Source: Minisyncoccota bacterium
Lineage (GTDB): Bacteria > Patescibacteriota > Minisyncoccia > Phycocordibacterales > BOKC01
Reading direction: 5' to 3'
NCBI GenBank assembly: GCA_030583745.1
Contig: CP129473.1
Span: 76,551 to 140,550 of the forward strand
DNA: 64,000 nucleotides
Shown: positions 17,899 to 27,824 of the stretch, one piece after another
Position numbering within the stretch: position 1 is the first letter of the stretch
Layout: each line of letters opens with the position of its first letter
The notes under the pieces: model-generated
The model's database searches: none
What the model was told of the DNA's origin: nothing
Seen by the model: the letters and a program-made list of their open reading frames with translations, nothing else
Translations under genes and position numbers: made by a program

Positions 17899-18759
17899 AT
17901 GAAAAAAACTATAATTATATTAATTTTAATTTTTATTATCGGCGGGATTTGGTGGCTCTTATCGAAAGAACAAAATCCATTACCAAGTTCATCTCAGACT
18001 TACTCATCGGAAGAATTTGTATTATCTTTTGAATATCCAAACGAGTATTTTATTAACGAGGTAAACATGGATACCGGCGAAAGAGAGAGGTATGCAATTG
18101 TGATATTTGAGGATAATCAATTTAATCGTGATTTGGTTGCTGGAAAAATCAAAGAAACTGATTCCCCGCCAACTATTACAATCAGTATTTTCCAGAATAA
18201 TCTGGACAACTACACCGCCAGGAGCTTTGTTGAAGGAACTAATTTCTCAAACTTTAAACTCTCTGACGGAAATATAGAAGAGATTAAAATCGCTGACGAA
18301 ACGGCATTAAAATATAAAGCTGACGGACTTTGGCAAAGTTATAATGCCGTAGTTGCCAGACCAGATTATGTCTATATGTTTACCGTCTTCTTTAACTCGC
18401 CTGAAGATAAACTGGTTTCAGTCTTTGAAGATCTCTTAAAGACAGTGGAATTTAGAACTGAAACTCCGACTTCGGCTGATAACGCCCCTCCGGGAAGCAT
18501 TCACAACTTACCACTACCAGAAGCTGTCTCTAAGGTAAAGAAGCTTGTTGCCGAAACTTATAATGTGGAGGAAGGGAAAGTCATTGTTATGACTGCATTT
18601 GAAAAAGAATGGACAGATTCCTGTCTCGGCCTTGGTGAAGCTCATGAAAGCTGTGCTCTAGTAATAACTCCGGGATATGAAGTGGCAGTCCAAGCTGGAG
18701 GAAAAAGTTACACCTATCGAACTGATATAAACGGAAGTCAGATAAGATTAGAGAAATAA
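17899..18759 (+). CDS. secreted/membrane-anchored protein with conserved 2-Cys C-terminal domain
   Basis: An N-terminal signal anchor is present. The C-terminal 'WTDSCLGLGEAHESCALVITPGYEVAVQAGGKSYTYRTDINGSQIR' is paralogous to the C-terminus of the 26293..26688 protein. Confidence 0.7.
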   Translation: MKKTIIILILIFIIGGIWWLLSKEQNPLPSSSQTYSSEEFVLSFEYPNEYFINEVNMDTGERERYAIVIFEDNQFNRDLVAGKIKETDSPPTITISIFQNNLDNYTARSFVEGTNFSNFKLSDGNIEEIKIADETALKYKADGLWQSYNAVVARPDYVYMFTVFFNSPEDKLVSVFEDLLKTVEFRTETPTSADNAPPGSIHNLPLPEAVSKVKKLVAETYNVEEGKVIVMTAFEKEWTDSCLGLGEAHESCALVITPGYEVAVQAGGKSYTYRTDINGSQIRLEK

Positions 18760-19126
18760 AGTTTTGTCTCGTCCTATCCCAGCGCTAATCCGCCAGCTGG
18801 CGGAACGGGCATAGGACGAGACATCAGGGAAAACTTTGTTGCAGAAGTGTCGGCTCCGCCGACTCTTTGCACGACTCGCCTCCTCATCCCCGTGCTTTTA
18901 GCACGGGGATGAGGAGGCGAACTACAATAAAAAACTTGCTTAATTTTTCAAATAATTTTAAAAATCTTAAACTTCTCAATCTCTCTTTTGATCTTCCTCT
19001 AGGTTGCAGTTTTCCTTCAATAAATTCAGGATAAAATAACTCATCTAAGCACAGGATCAAGCCAAAACAAAAGCGCCTTTCCAGCGCTTTTGTTTTGGCA
19101 GAATTGTAATTTATTTTAAGTTTTTT

Positions 19127-19375
19127 CTACCTTCGTATTGCTTTAACAATCCAAATAAGGACGACTGCGCCGAGAAGCGCTACGAGAAAACTGTAGATAT
19201 TGAAGCCACCTACGCCAGTTTCTCCAAAAAGACTCATAAGCCAACCGCCGATAACTGCACCAACAATACCAACAACCACGTTGAGGATGATGCCTTGTTG
19301 AGCATCGGTTTTCATAATAAGAGATGCGATCCAGCCGACAAGCCCGCCAAATACAATCCAGAGAATAATTCCCAT
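19127..19375 (-). CDS. GlsB/YeaQ/YmgE-family transglycosylase-associated membrane protein
   Basis: '[20 protein letters not shown]…[11 protein letters not shown]' is the typical repeat of this family. Confidence 0.8.
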   Translation of the reverse strand: MGIILWIVFGGLVGWIASLIMKTDAQQGIILNVVVGIVGAVIGGWLMSLFGETGVGGFNIYSFLVALLGAVVLIWIVKAIRR

Positions 19376-19568
19376 ATATTTATTTCATTAAATTACTATT
19401 AATAGTTGTGCTGTGAACACAAAATATATGCCGAACAATCTATATGAATATTACAAATGAATATTACAGAAAGTTGAGATGATTGTAATTGTTTGTGTAA
19501 TACAACCTTAGTCGAGTCGGCTCCATTTGTAGGTCACATTTATTAAAAGTTAATGTTTGTAAAATATT

Positions 19569-19799
19569 ATGACAACAGTAATTAATACTCCTCCAAACAG
19601 AGAACGTGCTGATGGTGGTGGTTGGGCTTTATCCGTTATTATGCTAATTGTGGTTATCGGAATTGGTGTGTTTTTCTGGCTAAATTTTCGCGACACTTCA
19701 ACAGCGCAAACCCCAGAAACAATGGACACCTCGACCAACATAAGCGTCACACTCCCGAGTGCAAATACTCTAGCGCCGGAGACCGCCCAGTTAGAATAG
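19569..19799 (+). CDS. small membrane protein
   Basis: It has one TM segment 'WALSVIMLIVVIGIGVFFWL'. Confidence 0.3.
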   Translation: MTTVINTPPNRERADGGGWALSVIMLIVVIGIGVFFWLNFRDTSTAQTPETMDTSTNISVTLPSANTLAPETAQLE

Positions 19800-19811
19800 T
19801 TACTAAATTAA

Positions 19812-20093
19812 GTGGAAACATTAGTAAAAGCAGATATTTTTTTCTTCATTGCCTCTATTGCGACTATAGTATTAACAATACTGATTTCTTTCCTTCTATT
19901 TTATCTAATAAAAGCTGGAAAAAATTTGTATAGGTTATCTGAAGTCTTGAAAAGTGGGTTTAAAGAATCGGAAGAATTTGTCGAGGATTTGAAAGATCGA
20001 CTCGAGAACAATGTTGTCTTTCGATTCTTTTTTCCCCCAATTCGCAAAAATAAAAAATTAATGAAAAAAGATTCTGCAAGAGATACGGATTAA
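19812..20093 (+). CDS. small membrane protein
   Basis: It has an N-terminal TM hairpin. Confidence 0.35.
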   Translation: METLVKADIFFFIASIATIVLTILISFLLFYLIKAGKNLYRLSEVLKSGFKESEEFVEDLKDRLENNVVFRFFFPPIRKNKKLMKKDSARDTD

Positions 20094-20135
20094 AAAGATA
20101 CTTAACGGTTCTTTACTAAATTAAAACAAAAAGAT

Positions 20136-20519
20136 ATGGCAAATAAAAAGACAGAAGAGACGTCTAATACATTAAAATACACCGCAATTGGAATAAGTTT
20201 GGCCAGTCTTGCTGCTGGAGCTTATTTTTTCTTTGGACCAAAAGGAAAAAAACATCAAAAGCACGCCAAAGCTTGGGTAATTAAAATGAAAGGTGACATT
20301 ATAGAAAAATTAGAATCAGCAAAAGAAGTTACAGAACCAATTTATCACGCCATCATCGACACGGTTGCTTTAGACTACAAGAAAAAAATAAAAGATAGCC
20401 AAGGAGACATAGCCGAAATTGTAGATGATTTAAAGAAACAATGGAAAAATCTTCAAAAATCAGTTAAATCAAAAACAAAAAATTCTACTAAAAAGAAAGC
20501 TGTGGTAAAAGAAGCTTAA
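20136..20519 (+). CDS. hypothetical lysine-rich protein with one TM segment
   Basis: The ORF has a plausible start. No family was recognised. Confidence 0.45.
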   Translation: MANKKTEETSNTLKYTAIGISLASLAAGAYFFFGPKGKKHQKHAKAWVIKMKGDIIEKLESAKEVTEPIYHAIIDTVALDYKKKIKDSQGDIAEIVDDLKKQWKNLQKSVKSKTKNSTKKKAVVKEA

Positions 20520-20625
20520 CCTCAAATGTTATCAACTTAATCAACGATGAAAGCCGGCTCTCAATTAACAACAAGTGAGAGACGGTTTATCTAAACAGAA
20601 AATTATTAAATAATATGAAAAATCT

Positions 20626-23532
20626 ATGAGAAAATTTTTTTCGTTTCTAAGAGATTTACCGGCGCCATTTATTGGCACCAGAACTCTTTTTGGAAAATTA
20701 GTTCTATTGGTCGCAATTTTTTCTTTACTGGCTGTTGCTTCTATTTTCGGAATTTTTAGTTTACAGAACGTGACTGCGCAAGGGTCTATAAATTCAGAAA
20801 ATCAAATAGAGAGGGATGGAAGTAGTAACTTAGACGTAGAATGCAAGGACCATGGCTTTGATTTTGGTATAGCAAAATGGGAGTGGGAGGATGAATCTTG
20901 GCAGGTTGAAAACAACCCCCCCTTTCCTCTAGCCGATTACAATACATTTGTGTCCGGAGACGATCAAGTGTCTGATTGGACATCTGATCCTATCGCTGCC
21001 GGTGTTGTTGCCAAAACTGCAACAGATTCTTATGTTTTTGACGGTGGAATATCAGGCCAGATAAATAATACAGACACAGGAAACCATGATATTAGTCATA
21101 TAACTTTCTGCGGTAATGAATCTGAATCAGAAACTCAAACTGCAACCATCATTGCCCATAAGGTCGTCTGCGATTCAGAAGAGCTTCTACCAAATTTAGA
21201 AGAGCGTTCGCCAAATATAACAATTAATAATATAACCTCTACTACTGCAAGTACTTTCGCTTCTGGTACCGATGGCTGTGAACTTGTAGAAGACTGGGAC
21301 TTTGAATATAAAATTACTGATGATCAAAGCAATCCGGGTGGCAACACTGTTGGCCCTAAAGGTGGCGACTGGACTACTTTCACTAACACGACTGAAATTC
21401 CCATTGACGACTTATCTCTTATTCAACTAAGAGAAGTTTTGCCGTCTGGTTATATTCCTTTCTCTGATAGTGATGATGGTGTTTCTGCTGAATTTTACTG
21501 TCGCGTAGATGTCTCTGTCTATGACAGTTGGAACTATGACAATTGGGAGTTTATAAAAAATCCGCAAGACAAGGAGACATATTATTGTGTCGGTTTCAAT
21601 GTGCCTAAACCAAGCACAGATAACGACCTCACGATAGTTGGTACTAAAATAATGTGTGATTCTGAAACTTATTTACCAAACTGGGGCGATGGAAGCTCCG
21701 GTCCGATTACTGCAACTACCGCGACAGACTGGCTTTCTGAAGGAGATAATAGCGAGCACTGTCAGATAGTGCCTTGGGACTTTGAATGGTCTCCAGCTGA
21801 CATTACTAACCCAGGTGATAATCAAGGATTGGTTGGGGGCGACTGGACTCAATTTAGCGGTTCAACTACAATTTCTTCTCTGGAAGACATTGGCGATAAG
21901 ATCTGGGTTAGAGAAGACTGGAATAACACTCTAGTGCCGTTCACCGGCTTGAACACTGATCAAGACGAAAGCGCTGAAATCTACTGCCACACCGATGTCT
22001 TGCACTACGATAATTATGACTTTATTGTTAATCCTGAATTAGGGGAGACCTATTACTGTGTTGCTTGGAACGCACCAGCTGAAGTAAAAGAACCTTTGAT
22101 TTGCGAACCGGGCGTTAATCTTCTGATTAATTCTGGTTTTGAAGAACCGGTGGTCAATAACAGCGCTGGTTGGGATATCTTTGATTCAGGCACTCTTGGA
22201 CTTGGTTGGATAGTAAAGTGGGTTTCTGATTTTGCTGGTGCTCCAGAAATAGCCAAACTAGAGCTTCACCGCGGATTAAACGGATGGCTCCCTTCGGCCG
22301 GCAATCAATACGCCGAGCTTGATACTGACTGGGACGGTCCCGACGGTAGTATAAACGGTGAAGAAGCTTCTGTATCTATCTATCAGAATATTCCTACTGT
22401 TAGTGGCAAAACCTACAATCTCTCTTATGATTTCTCTCCTAGACCAGACACCCCGACCACCACCCAGAATGTGCTGGAAGTTTTGATTGATGACTCACTC
22501 TTAGACACTCATACAGCTGTAGGTCTGTCGCAAACTTCATGGACTTCACATTCCCTAAATTTTACCGGAACCGGAGAGCCAACTAAGATTGAATTCAGAG
22601 ATGGGGGCACGCCAGATTCGCTAGGTACATTTCTTGATAATACAAGTTTAATCTGCGAAGAAGATTGTAAAGAAACTATCGGGACTATCTCAAGTAATAG
22701 TCAGACAGAAGTTACTAATATAGTCTTTGCTTTAGATGACCCCGATGCTACTCCTGATTATTCAGCACTCCCTGTCTCTGTTGTTACGGAAATTCAAACT
22801 CTTGGAGACGGTGTCTGGGCGGCTGATGTTGGTGATCTTGAAGCAGAATGGATATGGTCTAACGACCCTTACGACCCTGACTGGGAAGTAGATAAATGGG
22901 TAACTTTTAAAAGAGTATTTGAAGTTTCTGGCATTCCTCAAGTTGGCACTTTAGAGATTGCTGCTGATAATTCTTATGAAGTCTGGATTAACGGAAATCC
23001 GGCCGGCTCCGATTCTTCTGAAAATAACCATTCAGTAGCTGACTCTTGGGACATTACGGGTCTTCTAGTTGACGGCTCAAACACTCTTGAAGTTCGCGTC
23101 AAAAACTGGGCTCTACCCGGATCTGCCCAAGAAAGTAATCCGGGAGGTCTCCTCTACTCATTGTCTTGGGGGGCCGAAAATTGCGATAATAGTGACGACG
23201 AAGAAATTGATCCTCCTAATAGTGGCGGAGGAAGTGGTGATGGTAATTCTGGTGGTGGTTCTTCTTCCAGCAGTCGCTCCGGTGATTTTAATCGGGGTGG
23301 CGGAGGTGGCAGCTTCTTACCGTCCGTAGCCGGAGCATTTACGGAAGGAGCATTTACACAGTTCCCAGAATCACAAATCTTGGGGGCAACAATTGGTCTT
23401 CCTAACACCGGCCGGGCAGAAGAAAATTTCAAAAACTTAGTATTCGTTTTTACTCTCATCTTAGGAACACTGATCTTGCTTACTCTGAATTATCAAGTTC
23501 TTAGAAAAATTAAAACTAAGAAAAGTATTTAA
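20626..23532 (+). CDS. large LPXTG-anchored surface protein with tandem ~150-aa repeats and Gly/Ser-rich stalk
   Basis: An N-terminal signal/TM segment is present. Two repeats share 'CDSE..LPN…WDFE(Y/W)…GGDWT.F…YC..DV..YD…ETYYCV'. The C-terminus is 'LPNTGRAEE' plus a hydrophobic segment and a basic tail. Confidence 0.85.
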   Translation: MRKFFSFLRDLPAPFIGTRTLFGKLVLLVAIFSLLAVASIFGIFSLQNVTAQGSINSENQIERDGSSNLDVECKDHGFDFGIAKWEWEDESWQVENNPPFPLADYNTFVSGDDQVSDWTSDPIAAGVVAKTATDSYVFDGGISGQINNTDTGNHDISHITFCGNESESETQTATIIAHKVVCDSEELLPNLEERSPNITINNITSTTASTFASGTDGCELVEDWDFEYKITDDQSNPGGNTVGPKGGDWTTFTNTTEIPIDDLSLIQLREVLPSGYIPFSDSDDGVSAEFYCRVDVSVYDSWNYDNWEFIKNPQDKETYYCVGFNVPKPSTDNDLTIVGTKIMCDSETYLPNWGDGSSGPITATTATDWLSEGDNSEHCQIVPWDFEWSPADITNPGDNQGLVGGDWTQFSGSTTISSLEDIGDKIWVREDWNNTLVPFTGLNTDQDESAEIYCHTDVLHYDNYDFIVNPELGETYYCVAWNAPAEVKEPLICEPGVNLLINSGFEEPVVNNSAGWDIFDSGTLGLGWIVKWVSDFAGAPEIAKLELHRGLNGWLPSAGNQYAELDTDWDGPDGSINGEEASVSIYQNIPTVSGKTYNLSYDFSPRPDTPTTTQNVLEVLIDDSLLDTHTAVGLSQTSWTSHSLNFTGTGEPTKIEFRDGGTPDSLGTFLDNTSLICEEDCKETIGTISSNSQTEVTNIVFALDDPDATPDYSALPVSVVTEIQTLGDGVWAADVGDLEAEWIWSNDPYDPDWEVDKWVTFKRVFEVSGIPQVGTLEIAADNSYEVWINGNPAGSDSSENNHSVADSWDITGLLVDGSNTLEVRVKNWALPGSAQESNPGGLLYSLSWGAENCDNSDDEEIDPPNSGGGSGDGNSGGGSSSSSRSGDFNRGGGGGSFLPSVAGAFTEGAFTQFPESQILGATIGLPNTGRAEENFKNLVFVFTLILGTLILLTLNYQVLRKIKTKKSI

Positions 23533-23594
23533 AAGGTAACATAAAACAAAAACTCCGCTCCATGGAGTTTTTGTTTTATACTTAATTATCTTTA

Positions 23595-24212
23595 ATGAAA
23601 AGAAAAATTATCTTTAAAAATATTGTTCTTTTGGTAATGGTCTTTGTTATTGTTCTAATTTTTATCTTTCAAAGTAATAAAGACAAGCGATCGCCTGTTG
23701 TTGTTCTGCCAGCGCCACCTACAACAGAATCTCTTTCAGAATCAGAGTTTGGCACCGGATATCCCAAAACTATAATTATTCCTTCTGTAGAAGTTAGGGC
23801 TAGGGTTGAAAATGTGGGTGTTACAGAAAGTGGTAATATGGATGTACCAGAAGATTATGACGATGTCGGTTGGTTTCGCCATGGTGCAAGACCAGGATCA
23901 CCGGGTTCGGCTGTAATTGCCGGACATTTGGATACCGGACGAGGACAGCCGGCGGTATTCTACAATCTGTCGGGAATAAAAATAGGAGACGAGGTTTTTA
24001 TTGAAGATGACACAGGAGAAGTTTTGAGATTTGTTGTAAGTGGATATAGGTTGGTAGATTATGAAAATCCGCCCGATGATCTTCTTAGAGAAATTTTTTC
24101 AGCAGAAGGAGAGAGGTCTCGGTTGGTTTTGATAACTTGCGATGGGGACTGGGTGCCGGAAGAAAAAACTTACACTTCCAGATTTATTGTTTTTGCGGAT
24201 CTTGTTGTTTAA
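23595..24212 (+). CDS. sortase (transpeptidase)
   Basis: An N-terminal TM segment is present, with active-site His 'VIAGHLDT' and catalytic 'LVLITCDG'. Confidence 0.85.
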   Translation: MKRKIIFKNIVLLVMVFVIVLIFIFQSNKDKRSPVVVLPAPPTTESLSESEFGTGYPKTIIIPSVEVRARVENVGVTESGNMDVPEDYDDVGWFRHGARPGSPGSAVIAGHLDTGRGQPAVFYNLSGIKIGDEVFIEDDTGEVLRFVVSGYRLVDYENPPDDLLREIFSAEGERSRLVLITCDGDWVPEEKTYTSRFIVFADLVV

Positions 24213-24244
24213 TTTCTGCCAACTCAAAAACCTAGGCGCATTCA

Positions 24245-24278
24245 AAAACACGCTCCGCCACTGCGGGTCGTGTTTTTG
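24245..24278 (+). terminator. intrinsic terminator after sortase
   Basis: 'aaaacacg-ctccgccactgcgggt-cgtgtttt' is followed by 'tgg'. Confidence 0.6.
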
Positions 24279-24711
24279 GTTGGAAAAACCCGTAAAAATA
24301 TAAAGTGGCAATAATGCTATGTGACGTAGACCAAACTTACCTAAAGAATTAGAGAAAAAACTTTAACTTGAGGTTTGGAAATGTTAAAATCTACTCGTAG
24401 ATATGAAGGTTAAGAAAAACCAAAAGTTGATTTTGGCGGAAATTGCTCTGATCGTCGCATCTGTTTTTATATTCCGAGGCCTCTGACTTTTTTAGGACAG
24501 CATTGAATTTATGAACAGTTCTCAAGCCCTCTTGGTTTCGATCGTCGCGGGTATTGTTGTCTCTATTCCGGCCCTGCGATATATCATAAGAAATTCATAA
24601 TACCTACACAGATTTTTTGCGAAGAGAAGTCTTAGAAACAGTAATTGATTTTTTAGATCCAAAACATTGATCATTTAAAGTCGGTGCATTAAATTTAAAA
24701 ATTAAAATCAT

Positions 24712-25752
24712 ATGGACAAAAAACATCAATCTCACTATTTCCTTTTTATCGCGCTTTCGGTGTCAATTGTCGTCGTGTATTTTATAATCAAGCCGTTCTT
24801 GGGCCCGCTTATTTTAGCGGCCGTATTTGCGTTTCTCTTTCAGCCGATTTATAAAAAGTTTTTGAATTATCTAAAGAAACGAGAAAGTGTGGCGGCGTTT
24901 TCTACAACCATCGTCGCTATTTTTTTAATCTTATTACCAATTTCGATTCTGGGAACTCAAATTTTTAAGGAATCCAGTCAACTGTATCAAACGTTAACAA
25001 GCGAAAACAATAACTTTGTCAGCTCGATGGAAGAAATACTAAACCGAACCCGCACTGTCCTTCCGATCCCAGCAGATTTTAAACTTGACTTTGGTCAATA
25101 CGCCAAGCAGGGGCTTGAGGTTTTGATTCAAAACTTTGGCGCCGTGTTCTCGAGTTTTGCCAAAATAATAATCAATGCATTTGTGTTCCTTACGGCCTTT
25201 TATTTTTTCATCAAAGATGGCAATAGGTTAAAAAATTATTTTGTTGATTTAAGTCCACTAGATGATACAGATGATGAGTTTATCGTGTCACGGTTAAAAT
25301 CAGCGGTGTCGGCGGCTATGAAGGGCAATCTTGCTATTGGGATTATTCAGGGCGCTTTGACAGGTATCGGTTTTGCGATTTTTGGCGTGCCGAATCCTGT
25401 TCTTTGGGGAGGTGTTGCTGCTATTGCCGCTTTTCTTCCAGGTATTGGCACGTCGCTTGTCATTATTCCGGCGATTATCTTTCTGTTTCTTACCGGCAAT
25501 ACATTTGGCGGAGTCGGGCTTTTGGTGTGGGGAGTGACCGCTGTAGGTCTTGTTGATAATTTCCTAGGTCCAAAGCTTGTTGGTCGCGGCATGCAGTTGC
25601 ACCCCCTTGCTGTGTTTATTGCTGTTTTGGGCGGTTTAGTCTTTTTTGGTCCGTTAGGATTTCTCTTGGGACCGCTTGCCATGAGTGTTTGTCTTGCTCT
25701 ATTTGATATCTATTCTTCACTTAAATTAAAGGAAAGTCAGATATCACATTGA
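24712..25752 (+). CDS. AI-2E family transporter (PerM/YhhT-like)
   Basis: Eight TM segments and 'VDNFLGPKLVGRGMQLHPLAVFIAVLGG' match the UPF0118 pattern. Confidence 0.85.
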   Translation: MDKKHQSHYFLFIALSVSIVVVYFIIKPFLGPLILAAVFAFLFQPIYKKFLNYLKKRESVAAFSTTIVAIFLILLPISILGTQIFKESSQLYQTLTSENNNFVSSMEEILNRTRTVLPIPADFKLDFGQYAKQGLEVLIQNFGAVFSSFAKIIINAFVFLTAFYFFIKDGNRLKNYFVDLSPLDDTDDEFIVSRLKSAVSAAMKGNLAIGIIQGALTGIGFAIFGVPNPVLWGGVAAIAAFLPGIGTSLVIIPAIIFLFLTGNTFGGVGLLVWGVTAVGLVDNFLGPKLVGRGMQLHPLAVFIAVLGGLVFFGPLGFLLGPLAMSVCLALFDIYSSLKLKESQISH

Positions 25753-25828
25753 CATTGTGAGTAAATTTTTATAACTTTATTTTTGGAACATTTTAAATAA
25801 TAACTGGCTGTGATAGAAAGGGGAATGT

Positions 25829-26230
25829 ATGCTGGAAGCCATCCTGCTTCTTGAGGTCATTGCGATTCTTGTCATTGTCATCTCTTACTCTCTGAAGATC
25901 GTTGAGGACACGGCAAAGAAAAAAAGAAATTACAGAGAACACAGATTCAGGGCGTGGCTTCTTTTCTTCTTGCTGACAGGGGTTGTTGCGTCTCTTGAGA
26001 CGCTGATTCGTTTTGGTCTTGTGGAATTCTTCTCCCCCAGCCCTCTCTACTGGACCCACCTGATTTCGGCCATGCTTTTCTACATTACCTTTGTCGCCAA
26101 GGGATTGACGGCTTCCACAGGGCTTCAGAAGCTTCACATCGCTCTCTCCAAGCCCCTGTGGTTCTTGTGGTCTATGACGGGGGTGACTGCGCTCTGTATT
26201 GGTCTCTGGAATCTCTTAATACAAAGGTGA
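25829..26230 (+). CDS. 4-TM membrane protein (GC-richer than its neighbours)
   Basis: The gene is ~50% GC and is followed by a terminator 'acccgggg-cttca-accccgg ttttcttttt'. Confidence 0.5.
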   Translation: MLEAILLLEVIAILVIVISYSLKIVEDTAKKKRNYREHRFRAWLLFFLLTGVVASLETLIRFGLVEFFSPSPLYWTHLISAMLFYITFVAKGLTASTGLQKLHIALSKPLWFLWSMTGVTALCIGLWNLLIQR

Positions 26231-26292
26231 CCGACCTTCTCCACCCGGGGCTTCAACCCCGGTTTTCTTTTTATTTAGAAAACTAAATTTTA

Positions 26293-26688
26293 TTAGTATG
26301 CTTCTCTAATTTGACTGCCGTCGGAGTTAGTTCGGTAGGTATAGTTTTGTCCGCCAATTTCAAAAACCACTTCATAGCCAGAAGTTATGACTTGGGCACA
26401 CATTTCTTCTGCTTCGGGCAAACCAAGACAGCTGTCCGGCCAACTTTTTTCTTGAGCACTTGTGACGATAATATTTTCCTCTCCAATCTCACGAGCTTCG
26501 GCAATTGATTTTCTAGCCACCAAGACTGCTTCCGGTAAGGATTCATCGTCTGTGCCGTTCATGTCACCCGTTGAGGAACCGTTGGGAGAAACCGGCTCTA
26601 TTTCCTGTCCTTGTGGAGCAAACCACCAGATAGCGCCAAGAACAATCACAATCGCCAAAACAATCAGAAAATTTTTCATATTTTTCAA
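26293..26688 (-). CDS. secreted protein carrying the paralogous 2-Cys C-terminal domain
   Basis: A signal anchor is present. 'WPDSCLGLPEAEEMCAQVITSGYEVVFEIGGQNYTYRTNSDGSQIR' aligns with the C-terminus of 17899..18759. Confidence 0.7.
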   Translation of the reverse strand: MKNMKNFLIVLAIVIVLGAIWWFAPQGQEIEPVSPNGSSTGDMNGTDDESLPEAVLVARKSIAEAREIGEENIIVTSAQEKSWPDSCLGLPEAEEMCAQVITSGYEVVFEIGGQNYTYRTNSDGSQIREAY

Positions 26689-26780
26689 AACTTTATTTTC
26701 TTAACTTTTAAATAATAGATTAGCAGTGATTATATATCAAAGATATTTTTTGCAAAGTCTTTTTAGTGTATAATTATTTT

Positions 26781-27230
26781 ATGAAGGGACTTTTCTTACT
26801 CATATTTGTTTTTTTGGTGGTTGCCGCAGGTGGTTTATTTTTAGATATGCTTAAACAAGGCGGGGGCGGGGGACCAAGAGTCGCTTGCACCCTTGAGGCG
26901 CTTTTGTGTCCGGACGGTTCATCTGTCGGACGAGTCGGCCCGCTTTGCGAATTCAGCCCTTGTCAAAATCAAGAATATTTTTCCGGCAGACTCTCCAGTC
27001 AAGGTGGAGAATTTAGCTTGATTACCCCTATACCTTTCGGAGACAGTCTTTATGGGACATCCTATTTTTTGCCACTTAAGTTTTCGCATATTAGCAGTAC
27101 CTTGTCAGATTTTATTGGAAAAGAAGTTTTAGTTAGAGGAGATTTTTCATTTGGAAATACTTTACAAGTTTCCGAGATTGAATTATTGCAGACTATTGAA
27201 AGTGAAGAAGTCGAGTCGGTTCAACCATAA
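26781..27230 (+). CDS. secreted Cys-containing protein
   Basis: A signal anchor 'MKGLFLLIFVFLVVAAGG' is present, with four Cys in 'RVACTLEALLCPDG…PLCEFSPCQ'. Confidence 0.55.
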   Translation: MKGLFLLIFVFLVVAAGGLFLDMLKQGGGGGPRVACTLEALLCPDGSSVGRVGPLCEFSPCQNQEYFSGRLSSQGGEFSLITPIPFGDSLYGTSYFLPLKFSHISSTLSDFIGKEVLVRGDFSFGNTLQVSEIELLQTIESEEVESVQP

Positions 27231-27248
27231 TCTTTGTGTCTAGAAGCT

Positions 27249-27728
27249 ATGGGAAAAATAAATTTCAAAAAACTTCTTATTTCTTTTCTTTTGCCTTTTG
27301 TCGCTGGTTTTATCGGTTCATTTTTTACTGTATCAGCAATTTCCGTTTGGTATGAAAATTTATTAAAACCCTCGCTTAATCCGCCAAGCTGGGTCTTTGC
27401 TCCGGTTTGGACAATTCTCTATTTCTTGATGGGTCTTTCTTTGTATCTCGCTTGGAGTAAGGTTGGTACTAAAATGAGATTGACTCGTCGGCCGATTTTT
27501 GTTTTTTTTATTCAGATTTTTCTGAATACCAGTTGGTCTCTATTTTTCTTCGGTTTACAAAATCCGCTTTTAGCCCTCATAAATATTGCCTTGCTCTGGC
27601 TTTCTATCATCTGGATGATTTCGGTGTTTAGTAAATTTTCAAAAACAGCTTCTTGGCTTATTATCCCTTATTTCTTTTGGGTCAGTTTTGCTTTCTATCT
27701 GAACTTCGCGATTTGGTTTTTGAATTAG
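27249..27728 (+). CDS. TspO/MBR family tryptophan-rich sensory protein
   Basis: 'PPSWVFAPVWTILYFLMGLS' and five TM segments are present. Confidence 0.85.
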   Translation: MGKINFKKLLISFLLPFVAGFIGSFFTVSAISVWYENLLKPSLNPPSWVFAPVWTILYFLMGLSLYLAWSKVGTKMRLTRRPIFVFFIQIFLNTSWSLFFFGLQNPLLALINIALLWLSIIWMISVFSKFSKTASWLIIPYFFWVSFAFYLNFAIWFLN

Positions 27729-27824
27729 TAAAATTATTTTTTTTGTCTATTTTTTGTTGGCAAACACGGATAGTCCGTGATAGTCTTTGCTTTAGATAGA
27801 ACACCAAAAAGAAAGGAGCGAAAC

